DNA from: an uncultured Rickettsiales bacterium
GTDB lineage: Bacteria; Pseudomonadota; Alphaproteobacteria; Rs-D84
Assembly (NCBI GenBank): GCA_900546225.1
Contig: URBZ01000002.1
Location: forward strand, 78,411-142,410
Direction of reading: 5' to 3'
Length of the DNA: 64,000 nucleotides
The notes beneath the pieces are model-generated. The model was not told where the DNA came from. It made no database searches and saw only the letters and a list, made by a program, of their open reading frames with translations. The translations under genes were made by a program, and so were the position numbers. Position 1 is the first letter of the stretch. Each line of letters opens with the position of its first letter. Below, piece by piece: positions 55,602-64,000 of this stretch.

Positions 55602-56642
55602 TTAACGTTGATGTTTGTCCAGTTCGTGCATCAGGCGTTTGTAACGTTCTGTTTCATTCTTTAATGAATCAGCCACTGATTTGAAATATTCTGTGCGGCC
55701 GGCGTAATCGAACAGATTCAAAACCGTGTGTTGTAAATCGTACACCTTGGCCGTCATTTGATACAGCGATACGTTTTCGGGTGACTTGCGCGGTACGATA
55801 TTTATTTTGTCGTTTGCGCCCAGATATCTGACCGTGTTATCGCCACGCTGGTAAAACACACCGCCCACGCCGTTTTCCATATCCAATGAATGTGACAGGA
55901 CATATGGCACATTGTAATATTCCGTGCGCGTTGTGGGCGCAAAGCATTTGAACATTGGCTGATAAATCAATGTGCGATATGGTGATGCCTGTAACGATGC
56001 CACCACAGGGTGTTTGGTTTTGTTGCGTCCGGGGGTAATGTCACAGGTTGTTTCCGCGTCCTTTCTGATTTTTGATATTTGTGGGTATCCCAAACGGTTT
56101 GCCACCAATCCCATTTCAGATGCATTTGTGAACAGGTAATCGCCAATACACAGTTGAAACGCACTGGGGCATGTCATAAATGTTTCTGTGTTTGTACCCG
56201 CAAATCCGATTCTGGCCTCTGGCTGGTGCAGGCGTTCAACAATCAACATACGATCTTTTGTGCCAATGCGGTCGGCAATATGAAACTGGGGTTCAATGTC
56301 ACGCTTTTCGTCCACCAGCATCAGTTGCCCCAACCACAGGCCAACACGAACCTTGTCAAACCAATCCAATAATGTGTTGATTTCGGTTGCGGTGATGGCG
56401 TTGCCCGCCATTACTTTTTCCAAGACGATTTTGGCGGCGGCCTCCAATTCCCCAAATTTGGTATTGCACGCGGTGCACGCCGGAAATGTCAGTTTGCCAA
56501 ACGTAATCTGCTTTTCGGTCAACGCACCAAAATTACAGACGTGATCATAACTGCCCACCAGTTTACTGAGCCACTGGGGAATAACGTGTTCCTTGTTTTT
56601 ATTTTCCGGCTTTTTACCACAAAAAATACACTGCTGTGCCAA
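55602..56642 (-). CDS. HNH-endonuclease-like domain protein (hypothetical; possibly phage-defence related)
   Basis: 346 aa; N-terminal CIFCGKKPENKNKEHVIPQWL (CxxC...H-IP, an HNH-like motif) plus a second Cys pair PACTACN. Lies immediately after tRNA-Thr. Confidence 0.45.
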   Translation of the reverse strand: MAQQCIFCGKKPENKNKEHVIPQWLSKLVGSYDHVCNFGALTEKQITFGKLTFPACTACNTKFGELEAAAKIVLEKVMAGNAITATEINTLLDWFDKVRVGLWLGQLMLVDEKRDIEPQFHIADRIGTKDRMLIVERLHQPEARIGFAGTNTETFMTCPSAFQLCIGDYLFTNASEMGLVANRLGYPQISKIRKDAETTCDITPGRNKTKHPVVASLQASPYRTLIYQPMFKCFAPTTRTEYYNVPYVLSHSLDMENGVGGVFYQRGDNTVRYLGANDKINIVPRKSPENVSLYQMTAKVYDLQHTVLNLFDYAGRTEYFKSVADSLKNETERYKRLMHELDKHQR

Positions 56643-56744
56643 TTTAATTTCCTTTTGTCACACCTATTATATATTGACAAATATTTTTTTCCACAACAAA
56701 ATATGCCCCGCGTGGGGGCATACCGGATACCAAGGAAATCGTTA

Positions 56745-57266
56745 TTATCGGTCATGACGCGGGCGATAATTGCGACGTGGGGCGTTGCGATCATCATCGT
56801 CGTATTCGTCGTCATCGTATTCCGTATCGTCAAAGTCGGACGCATCGGCATAATAATTTGGGTTATTGATTTCGTCCAACCAGCGACGAATATTTCCATG
56901 ACGGCGCGCATAGCGTTTAACGCCCATCATCAATGCTGCCGCAATCATTTTTTCCATATCTGGTTGGCTGATGTGGCCCGCAACATGGTCACGGACATTT
57001 TCGGCGATTGCGCGCACCGCGCCACGCGCCCGACGCAATACCGAATGACGCCGGCGGCGCACCACCACAATTTCACGAATCCACATTGCAATTAAAAATG
57101 CAATCATTGGCACAGCCGCACAAACAATAAAATATTTATACACTGCGTCTGAACAAAACGGCAGGCCAAACAATGTCGCGCACGTATTGGGCAAATGCAG
57201 CAATATCACCGCGATAATTTCATACAAGAAAAATACAGTTGTGCAAATTTTTAATCTGAAAAACAT
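56745..57266 (-). CDS. membrane protein with acidic D/E/Y-rich C-terminal tail (hypothetical)
   Basis: 173 aa ORF, start uncertain; terminator CCCCGCGTGGGGG at 56700-56724. Confidence 0.3.
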   Translation of the reverse strand: MFFRLKICTTVFFLYEIIAVILLHLPNTCATLFGLPFCSDAVYKYFIVCAAVPMIAFLIAMWIREIVVVRRRRHSVLRRARGAVRAIAENVRDHVAGHISQPDMEKMIAAALMMGVKRYARRHGNIRRWLDEINNPNYYADASDFDDTEYDDDEYDDDDRNAPRRNYRPRHDR

Positions 57267-57387
57267 TCTGCGCCCCCATTGGTTTATGTACCACTATTTT
57301 TGCATATGTGGCGCATCATGTCATCGGGAACGATTTCATAAAAAAAACACCGCACGAATGTGCGGTGAATAATTTCTGATATGCGCC

Positions 57388-58140
57388 CTATTCTGCATCA
57401 ATATCAGGGTTGGCGGCATCGCGCGCCTCTTCGGCACGGGCGGCGGTTTCAATCTGTAATAACTGATTTTCCAATGCGGTGCGTTCAGACGATTTATACC
57501 CTGTTTCAGGGGCCGCGGCATTTTCTGTTTTTGTGCCGTCGCTTGCTTTCTGTTTTGAATCAGACACCGCCGGATTTATCAAATTATTATAGATTTCAAT
57601 CGATTCACGAGAACCCGCCATATCGCGCGCCAGCAACTTGTTCTCAGCCCCAGGCACGAACCATTCGTCCAATTTTACCGCCGTCAACTGCATAACCGGA
57701 CGCGTGCGCGCATCGGCAATCCACTGGGGCATTTGTGGTGCATCGGAATAATACCACAGCATAATCCAATACACGACACCCATAACGAATATACCGCGCA
57801 CAATACCAAATATTACGCCCAATGTGTGGTCGGTAACCTTTATCATGCTGGCCTGAATTTTGTCGCGTAATTTCTGGTTAAAGAAACCAACCAACAGCAA
57901 AATTGCAAAGAACACGATAAAGTACGATGCAACCAATGTTCCGACCGTTGAATCCGTCAGGTCAAACCAACGTTGCAACAACGAATCCAATAATGGGGAC
58001 GCAAATCGCGCAGACACCGCCGCCGCAACCCATGACAGGGTTGCGATTGTTTCGTAAACCCCACCACGGATTGTTGCCCAAACAGTAGATGCCAATAAAA
58101 CACCCACATAGATATAGTCAAGCGTTGTTAAATCAAACAT
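57388..58140 (-). CDS. cvpA: CvpA family (colicin V production) membrane protein
   Basis: 250 aa; MFDLTTLDYIYVGVLLASTVWATIRGGVYE and four TM helices typical of CvpA. Confidence 0.65.
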   Translation of the reverse strand: MFDLTTLDYIYVGVLLASTVWATIRGGVYETIATLSWVAAAVSARFASPLLDSLLQRWFDLTDSTVGTLVASYFIVFFAILLLVGFFNQKLRDKIQASMIKVTDHTLGVIFGIVRGIFVMGVVYWIMLWYYSDAPQMPQWIADARTRPVMQLTAVKLDEWFVPGAENKLLARDMAGSRESIEIYNNLINPAVSDSKQKASDGTKTENAAAPETGYKSSERTALENQLLQIETAARAEEARDAANPDIDAE

Positions 58141-58178
58141 ACGGTATCCCCAGCGATTCTGTTACATGCGTGACGCGA

Positions 58179-58757
58179 TTATTTTTTCTTGCGAACCAGA
58201 ACAAATCCCAATGCAGCAACCAGTACAATCAGCAAACCATAGAAGTATGCAGTTGTGCCGTGCTTTACATCATTTTTTTTTTGCGCGGTTTCATCAGATG
58301 CCGCGGTCGCACTGTATTCAGAAACCGCATTTGCACGATCAGCATGTGCGGCCTTGAACCCTTCGGCGTCTTGTTCATATGCCTTGCGGTTTTCAGCGGC
58401 GGTTGCCTTGTCAGCATCGCTCATATCTGCTTCGACAGCGTTACGCAAATCCTGTTGCATGAAATCTGCATATCCTTGGAAGCATTTGTCGCCGATAACG
58501 ATTACAGGTACGCCACCAGAATCATATTCACATTTTGCCAATGCGTCTTGGAATTTTTCAACATTTTCAGGAACCATAACGTTGATTTCACTGACCGACA
58601 GTGTTGGATATTCATAGACCAACTGGCCCTCGATAAAATCACGGGCGTGATGACAGTGTGGACATGTTGGCGAATGATAAATAGCAATATCCGCAGCAGA
58701 CGCCGCACCAAACACAGCCATACACAATACAGCCGACAAAATAGATAATTTTTTCAT
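58179..58757 (-). CDS. periplasmic thioredoxin/glutaredoxin-fold protein (CPHC active site) with C-terminal TM anchor
   Basis: Start at MKKLSILSAVLCMAVFGAASA (ATG 58757, RBS AAAGGAGAAAAA); YHSPTCPHCHHARDF. Confidence 0.55.
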   Translation of the reverse strand: MKKLSILSAVLCMAVFGAASAADIAIYHSPTCPHCHHARDFIEGQLVYEYPTLSVSEINVMVPENVEKFQDALAKCEYDSGGVPVIVIGDKCFQGYADFMQQDLRNAVEADMSDADKATAAENRKAYEQDAEGFKAAHADRANAVSEYSATAASDETAQKKNDVKHGTTAYFYGLLIVLVAALGFVLVRKKK

Positions 58758-58831
58758 TTTTTCTCCTTTTCCTGCCGTGATTATAGAAAGACCGCGCAAG
58801 TGGCGCAAGACATTTTTTCAAAATATCTGAC

Positions 58832-59137
58832 TTACAACTGGCTGTGATTCATTAAACGCACGTCATCAAATTCCGCGTATCGGCCGAACATCGCGCGGGC
58901 AAAGGGGCACAAGGGTATAATCTTGCGATGTTGTTGTCGCGCCAGATTGCATACCTGACGTACCAGATTTCGACCAACCTGTGCATTGCGATATTCGGGC
59001 ACAACCGCGGTATGGTCGATAACAAATTTATCAATGCCAACGCGAAAGAATGTAATTTCACCGATATGCCGTCCTGACACGTCGGCACTGAACCCCAGAC
59101 CATTTGAATACAGCGTATATATAATTTTATCTGGCAT
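58832..59137 (-). CDS. small GNAT-like acetyltransferase-fold protein
   Basis: About 101 aa from ATG 59137 (RBS GGGGGA); ...VVPEYRNAQVGRNLVRQVCNLARQQHRKIIPLCPFA resembles the short GNAT_acetyltran_2 family. Confidence 0.45.
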   Translation of the reverse strand: MPDKIIYTLYSNGLGFSADVSGRHIGEITFFRVGIDKFVIDHTAVVPEYRNAQVGRNLVRQVCNLARQQHRKIIPLCPFARAMFGRYAEFDDVRLMNHSQL

Positions 59138-59235
59138 GTAAAAATCCCCCATCTGTATGCAAATTATACCAATGGGGGTAATGATATTAAATATGATTGA
59201 ATCCATAAACGCCGCGGTTACGTGTCCGCGTGTGA

Positions 59236-60171
59236 TTATTTGCCAATCGAATCGTAATTCTTGCGAATGATTTTTGCGCACTTGCGCAACGCCGCAGATT
59301 CCGACGCCGACATTTTCGGCATAATTGGGGCGGACGCGCCGTCGGCCCCGACCACGCGCGGCAAAGACATTGCGACCATATTTGCACCCACGCCATTTAC
59401 ACAACTGACGGTCAAAATACGATGTTCGTTATTGATGATGCAACGCAGCAAATCCGCCGCCGCCGCACCGATACCGTCCCATGTTGCACCGCGACCCTGA
59501 ATGATTTCATATGCCGCATTACGCACGCGATGTTCAATCGTTGCACGCGTTGTCGCGGGCAATGGCGTTTTCATCTGGCGACAGAAATCGTCCAGTGCAA
59601 CCGCACCAATCGTGGCAGACGTCCAATTTATCATACTGGAATCGCCGTGTTCGCCCAATACGTATGCATTGATGGACTGGGTCGACACCGACAGTTGACG
59701 TGACAAAATTGTGCGCAGGCGTGCGGAATCCAACATAGTACCCGTACCAATTACGCGGGACGCCGGCAACTTGGACAATTTCTGGGCCAACATAACCATC
59801 ACATCCAACGGATTTGTCACAACGATAATACGAACGCGCTTTGGGTCAACATTTGCCATAACACGCGGCACAATGTCAGAAATTACCGCAACGTTTTTAT
59901 TCAACAAATCTGTGCGCGTTTCACCGGGTTTCTGGTTTGCGCCCGCAGAAATAATCACGATGTCAGACCCACGAATGCCGCGATAGTTGCTGACCGCGGA
60001 AATTTTAACGTCAAACCCAAAACTGGCGGCGTGGCCTAAATCTTCGGCGGCGGCGCGTGCGCGAATTGCGTCACGGTCGAACAAAACTATTTCGTGTACG
60101 AACCCAGTATTCTTTACCGCGGTGGCAACCGCCGAACCAACCGTACCAATACCAATAATTGCAATTTTCAT
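59236..60171 (-). CDS. ldh: L-lactate dehydrogenase (LDH/MDH superfamily)
   Basis: 311 aa. Rossmann MKIAIIGIGTVGSA. Substrate loop GANQKPGETRTDLL (Gln at the specificity position favours LDH). Catalytic His in GEHGDS. Confidence 0.75.
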   Translation of the reverse strand: MKIAIIGIGTVGSAVATAVKNTGFVHEIVLFDRDAIRARAAAEDLGHAASFGFDVKISAVSNYRGIRGSDIVIISAGANQKPGETRTDLLNKNVAVISDIVPRVMANVDPKRVRIIVVTNPLDVMVMLAQKLSKLPASRVIGTGTMLDSARLRTILSRQLSVSTQSINAYVLGEHGDSSMINWTSATIGAVALDDFCRQMKTPLPATTRATIEHRVRNAAYEIIQGRGATWDGIGAAAADLLRCIINNEHRILTVSCVNGVGANMVAMSLPRVVGADGASAPIMPKMSASESAALRKCAKIIRKNYDSIGK

Positions 60172-60261
60172 GTGATTCCTCTCTCTGTTTTTTTGTCGGT
60201 CTGATTATATCAAATTTTTACCCCACCGTCCAGAAGACCGCATAGGATTTATTATCAGATT

Positions 60262-60290
60262 GATTTTGTATGAGATTTGTGGTATAATAT
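60262..60290 (+). promoter_or_regulatory. sigma70 promoter TTGATT-17-TATAAT upstream of the tail-fibre-like gene
   Basis: Consensus-like hexamers with 17-nt spacing, followed 25 nt later by hairpin AGACC-GCGTC-GGTCT + T7 (60313-60335). Confidence 0.4.
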
Positions 60291-60369
60291 GCGCACTTGC
60301 CGATGCAGACCGCGTCGGTCTTTTTTTATTCAAACAACCGACCGACGAACAATCAACAAAGGAATAAAA

Positions 60370-60837
60370 ATGTCCAGACAAATTCAGTTTCGTCGGGGAA
60401 CCGCCGACGAACATAAAAACTTTACCGGGGCCGAGGGCGAAATAACCGTTGACCTGACCAACAAGACCCTGCGCGTGCACGATGGCGTGACCGCCGGCGG
60501 CACAATGCTGGCGCGACAAAGCGCGCTGAACGGCGCAGATTATGTCATCGCATGGCAAACGCCCACCGCCGAAAATAATTACACATGGTATCGTAAATAT
60601 AAAAGCGGCTGGGTGGAACAAGGGGGCAATTATAACCAAAGGAACACGCAAATCATACTGCCTGTAAAAATGCAAAACAATGCGTATATGGTCATGTTGT
60701 CATTCAGTACAACATCAGGCAATAATTCACAATATAACTCATTCAGTTATACAAACAAAACCTGTACTGGCTTTGTGATAAATAACAGCGGAACCGTTCT
60801 TGGCGAATGGTGCGCGTATGGTTTTTGCGAACAATAA
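60370..60837 (+). CDS. phage tail-fibre N-terminal-domain-like protein (short, 155 aa)
   Basis: MSRQIQFRRGTADEHKNFTGAEGEITVDLTNKTLRVHDGVTAGG matches the conserved tail-fibre N-terminal pattern (QxRRGTxxExxxxxxxxGExxxDxxxxxLxxxDGxTxGG). RBS AAGGA. Confidence 0.5.
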   Translation: MSRQIQFRRGTADEHKNFTGAEGEITVDLTNKTLRVHDGVTAGGTMLARQSALNGADYVIAWQTPTAENNYTWYRKYKSGWVEQGGNYNQRNTQIILPVKMQNNAYMVMLSFSTTSGNNSQYNSFSYTNKTCTGFVINNSGTVLGEWCAYGFCEQ

Positions 60838-60859
60838 TATATGGGGTAACCCCCATATA

Positions 60860-61897
60860 TTATTTATAATTTTTTAGTATATCCAGATAGTCGTTTGCAG
60901 TTTTTACCCAGTCAAAATTCTTGACAACAGCATATCCTCGCTCAATCATATCAGATGAATTTGATGATTCAAACGCGTCCAAACATCTGGTCAAATCACC
61001 CGGACAATCTGGTTCAAAATATATTGCAGCATCACCACAGACCTCTGGTATAGATGTATACTTGGTCGTAAACACTGGTGTGCCCAGTTGCATTGCTTCT
61101 AACGGGGGCAATCCAAACCCTTCATATTTTGAAGGATAAATAAGCGCACGCGCATTTGATATTAAATTTGCTAATGTTTTTTCGTCAACATATCCATGCT
61201 GAACAAGAATATTTTGCTTTTCCGCAATATTGACAAGTCGCTTGAAATCGGACGAAAAATACTGTATTTCACCAACGAAATGCAATTTACGATGTGGGCA
61301 CTTATATACAAACTCTTCTAACAAAGGAATCAAACCCTTGCGGGGGTGATAACCGCCAGCATAAATATAATAATCGGATTTATCTTTGTTTTGTAAAATT
61401 GGCATAGCAGTAAGTCCATGTTTCAAAACAAAAATCCCGCAATTTATTAGAAAATTATCACATATTTTATTTTTTGAATATACTGATGGTGTTAATAATA
61501 TATCGGCTTCATTTATATCTTTTTGCAATTTTTCTTTATATTTTTTCAATGCATGTTGCGATGGGAAAAAATCAGGAATATCCAATGGCAAAACATCGTG
61601 AATCATCACTATATTTTTGTGTTTTTTTATACTTGAAACAATGCCACCGTTCCAGTGGTAATGAACCCAATCACAATTACGCAATTTGTATTTTAACAAC
61701 ATGCGCCCCAGTTTTGAGTTTTTATAAACAATGTTTGTTGTTGGAAAATCAAAACTATAAGACACAGGTTTATTTGAAAATAAAATAAATTCCAACGATG
61801 GACATATTTTATGAACATTATTTATCAAATATATTAAACTTTTTGCCACGCCTGTTGGCGCCATACATAAAACATTTGCTTCTATTGCAATTTTCAT
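60860..61897 (-). CDS. glycosyltransferase family 4 (GT-B, EX7E motif)
   Basis: 345 aa; KYEGFGLPPLEAMQLGTPV. Confidence 0.75.
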   Translation of the reverse strand: MKIAIEANVLCMAPTGVAKSLIYLINNVHKICPSLEFILFSNKPVSYSFDFPTTNIVYKNSKLGRMLLKYKLRNCDWVHYHWNGGIVSSIKKHKNIVMIHDVLPLDIPDFFPSQHALKKYKEKLQKDINEADILLTPSVYSKNKICDNFLINCGIFVLKHGLTAMPILQNKDKSDYYIYAGGYHPRKGLIPLLEEFVYKCPHRKLHFVGEIQYFSSDFKRLVNIAEKQNILVQHGYVDEKTLANLISNARALIYPSKYEGFGLPPLEAMQLGTPVFTTKYTSIPEVCGDAAIYFEPDCPGDLTRCLDAFESSNSSDMIERGYAVVKNFDWVKTANDYLDILKNYK

Positions 61898-62493
61898 GAC
61901 ACATTCCTTTTTATCTGACCACGTAATCTTTCTATACTTTGCAAAAAATCACCGGGGGGGGTAGAAAAATCTACTGTTTTCAATAGGTTATACGGCAAAT
62001 CCCACCATTTGCTCTCTAGCATTCTTTTTATTGTCGCTTTTGGATAACGATAACGTATAACCCGCCCCGGTGCGCCAACAACAACGGCATAAGGCGGCAC
62101 ATCATGTGTTATAACTGCACCCGCGCCAATTATTGCACCTGTTCCTATTTTACAAGATTTCAAAACCAGAACATTATACCCAATCCACACATCATTACCA
62201 ATCTCTACCTTGGGGAATCTTTGGATATCGCCATTAGCATAGTGTTCACACATTAGGCATGGCGATGTTGTTATATAATCGGTTGGGTGAAAATCTGCCC
62301 CAATCTTGACCCCAGTGGCAATAGAACAATATTTTCCAATTATTGTACCAGGTGCAATAAAATCCGCACCACTATACGAATGTTCTCCCATAGTATAATT
62401 TAATACAACGGGGACGAGTTTCTTTCGCAATTTATGCCGTATATGTTTAATCGGAATAAACTTTATTAAAAATAATTTTGTCTGTGTTTTCAT
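61894..62493 (-). CDS. hexapeptide-repeat (LbH) acetyltransferase
   Basis: 199 aa; left-handed beta-helix repeats (IGNDVWIGYNVLVLKSCKIGTGAIIGAGAVIT). 4-nt overlaps on both sides indicate an operon. Confidence 0.7.
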   Translation of the reverse strand: MKTQTKLFLIKFIPIKHIRHKLRKKLVPVVLNYTMGEHSYSGADFIAPGTIIGKYCSIATGVKIGADFHPTDYITTSPCLMCEHYANGDIQRFPKVEIGNDVWIGYNVLVLKSCKIGTGAIIGAGAVITHDVPPYAVVVGAPGRVIRYRYPKATIKRMLESKWWDLPYNLLKTVDFSTPPGDFLQSIERLRGQIKRNVS

Positions 62494-63665
62494 CTGATTA
62501 ATGCCTGTTTCAAATTTTTCAAAGATTCATCGTGTACACACTTCTCTAATTTTGCTAATTCAGATTGCATTTGTTTATACTCATGGTCTCGTATTACCAA
62601 CGCTGTCTCTATCGCGCCAGTCAGTTCATTGTTCGTATAAACTATTGCATTTGTCGAATTCAATCCAACAGGTTTTGCAAATTCTGATGCGATTATCATA
62701 GGAGTGCCAAACCCCAATGACAATTGCAAACTTCCTGATGTTGATGTTTTGTTCTTGAAACGATCATATATCGGATTACCTGGATCTAATAGCCCCAAAA
62801 TAAAATCTGCGCCTGCAACATGGTCATACATATCTTGATAATTCAAGCGGCCTAAAAATTGCACATTGGTTCTAATCTGATTTGGTACTTTGAAATTGCC
62901 TTTGCCTATAATTTCTATGATAAAATCCGTATGCCCGTGGGCACGTAATTGCATAACTGTATTTATTATTGTCTGTCTAGATAAACCGCCTCGGATGCCG
63001 ACCGCAACAAATATTTTTCGCTTGTTTAATTTATGTACAGATACTGGCCCAAAATAATGTGGATTTACACGCGGGATACCATTGTTTTCCGTTAAGGCAA
63101 ACAATCTGTTTTCTTTCAAATATTTATATTCATTATATTCCAATAGGCATGGCACCGCATTATGCTCAACCATAATAATTCCATGTTCGGCATAAGGTTC
63201 ACGTCCCAGAAAATCTAAATATGCGCCATAGAATTCTGGCAAATTCCAAAACGCAGACGATGTCAAAAATATATATTTATACTCTGTACCTTTTAATTTT
63301 AATAACCAATCACGCAACATATCTGCAGTCCCAGCAAATATACGCGGTGGATTTGGATAAATTGCAAACGGATTTTCTTCAAGATTTTCATATCGACACA
63401 TAACATCTACGGTATAACCCAGTTCTTGAAAATATCTAACATACCCAGGTATAATTTCACCATGATATGGATTTGGTTCTACCAATAACACACTGTTTTG
63501 TTCTGTGTCTCCATAAAATTTTGGTGCCTTTGCATATTTTCTCGCCAATCTTTGCTGTCGTTTCGTAAAATCTGAAACCGCAATTTTAGACCTTATATAG
63601 CGTCGTAACGATTTCACAGGCGTTATGTGCAAAAATAACTTTAATAAAATTATTGTCATTTCCAA
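62490..63665 (-). CDS. glycosyltransferase-like protein (GT-B fold, probable)
   Basis: 391 aa; C-terminal GTPMIIASEFAKPVGL... resembles the GT1/GT4 donor-binding region. Assignment is tentative. Confidence 0.45.
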   Translation of the reverse strand: MEMTIILLKLFLHITPVKSLRRYIRSKIAVSDFTKRQQRLARKYAKAPKFYGDTEQNSVLLVEPNPYHGEIIPGYVRYFQELGYTVDVMCRYENLEENPFAIYPNPPRIFAGTADMLRDWLLKLKGTEYKYIFLTSSAFWNLPEFYGAYLDFLGREPYAEHGIIMVEHNAVPCLLEYNEYKYLKENRLFALTENNGIPRVNPHYFGPVSVHKLNKRKIFVAVGIRGGLSRQTIINTVMQLRAHGHTDFIIEIIGKGNFKVPNQIRTNVQFLGRLNYQDMYDHVAGADFILGLLDPGNPIYDRFKNKTSTSGSLQLSLGFGTPMIIASEFAKPVGLNSTNAIVYTNNELTGAIETALVIRDHEYKQMQSELAKLEKCVHDESLKNLKQALIR

Positions 63666-64000
63666 AACTCCGACATTGCGTGTGTTATTTTTTGGGCGGC
63701 ATGACCATCGCCGTATGGATTCTTGGTGCCATCCAGACGAGTTTCTGATTTTGGGCGTGCCAGAATTGCGCGTGCCGATGACAAAATCAAATCAACATCC
63801 GCACCAACTAATTTTGCAAATCCTGCGGTCACACCCTCGGTTCGTTCGGTTTCATAACGCATTACCAATACAGGTGCACCAAATGTCGGTGCTTCTTCCT
63901 GTATACCGCCAGAATCGGTCAAAACCAATTTTGCGTCTTTCATAATTGATACCAATTCGGGATAATCCAATGGCTCGGTCAATATTACATTTGTAATATT
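63656..64000 (-). CDS. wecB: UDP-N-acetylglucosamine 2-epimerase, C-terminal part (gene continues beyond the window end)
   Basis: LVLTDSGGIQEEAPTFGAPVLVMRYETERTEGV is the conserved epimerase C-terminal motif. The ORF-track start at 63982 is an internal Met. Confidence 0.8.
   Translation of the reverse strand, partial: NITNVILTEPLDYPELVSIMKDAKLVLTDSGGIQEEAPTFGAPVLVMRYETERTEGVTAGFAKLVGADVDLILSSARAILARPKSETRLDGTKNPYGDGHAAQKITHAMSEFWK

Overview
64-kb window from a Gram-negative bacterium, about 45-50% GC in the core regions. Gram-negative is inferred from LptE, Lgt, two C-terminal-Phe beta-barrel OMPs, CvpA and an rpmG/parC/map/holA/glyQS housekeeping backbone. The core also carries a partial oleate hydratase gene, two tRNAs (Leu-TAG, Thr-TGT), the anaerobic RNR genes nrdD/nrdG with a separately encoded glycyl-radical tail, ogt, a LysR regulator, an L-lactate dehydrogenase and a polysaccharide locus (wecB, two glycosyltransferases, a hexapeptide acetyltransferase). 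A markedly AT-rich accessory block of about 23 kb sits immediately downstream of tRNA-Ser(TGA) (26.2-49.5 kb). It contains: (i) an integrase N-terminal remnant; (ii) a cluster of two aminoacyl-tRNA-synthetase paralogs (a class IIa ProRS/HisRS-like enzyme and a free-standing AsnRS-type catalytic core), two SAM methyltransferases and an MccF-like S66 peptidase, which I consider a candidate aminoacyl-nucleotide (microcin-C-like Trojan-horse) biosynthesis/immunity system; (iii) an operon of MORN/YwqK-like repeat proteins plus a J-domain protein behind a long structured leader; (iv) a WYL-like / DUF2130 / RloC-PrrC-like (predicted anticodon nuclease) defence operon; (v) a complete type II-C CRISPR-Cas locus (cas9-cas1-cas2, 14 repeats with intrinsic extended -10 promoters, and a divergent tracrRNA upstream of cas9). 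A small inverted-repeat-flanked four-helix-bundle (23S-IVS-type) gene cassette lies between the Cas-adjacent secreted protein and an OMP gene. All functional calls are from reading motifs in the translated ORFs. No database searches were run.
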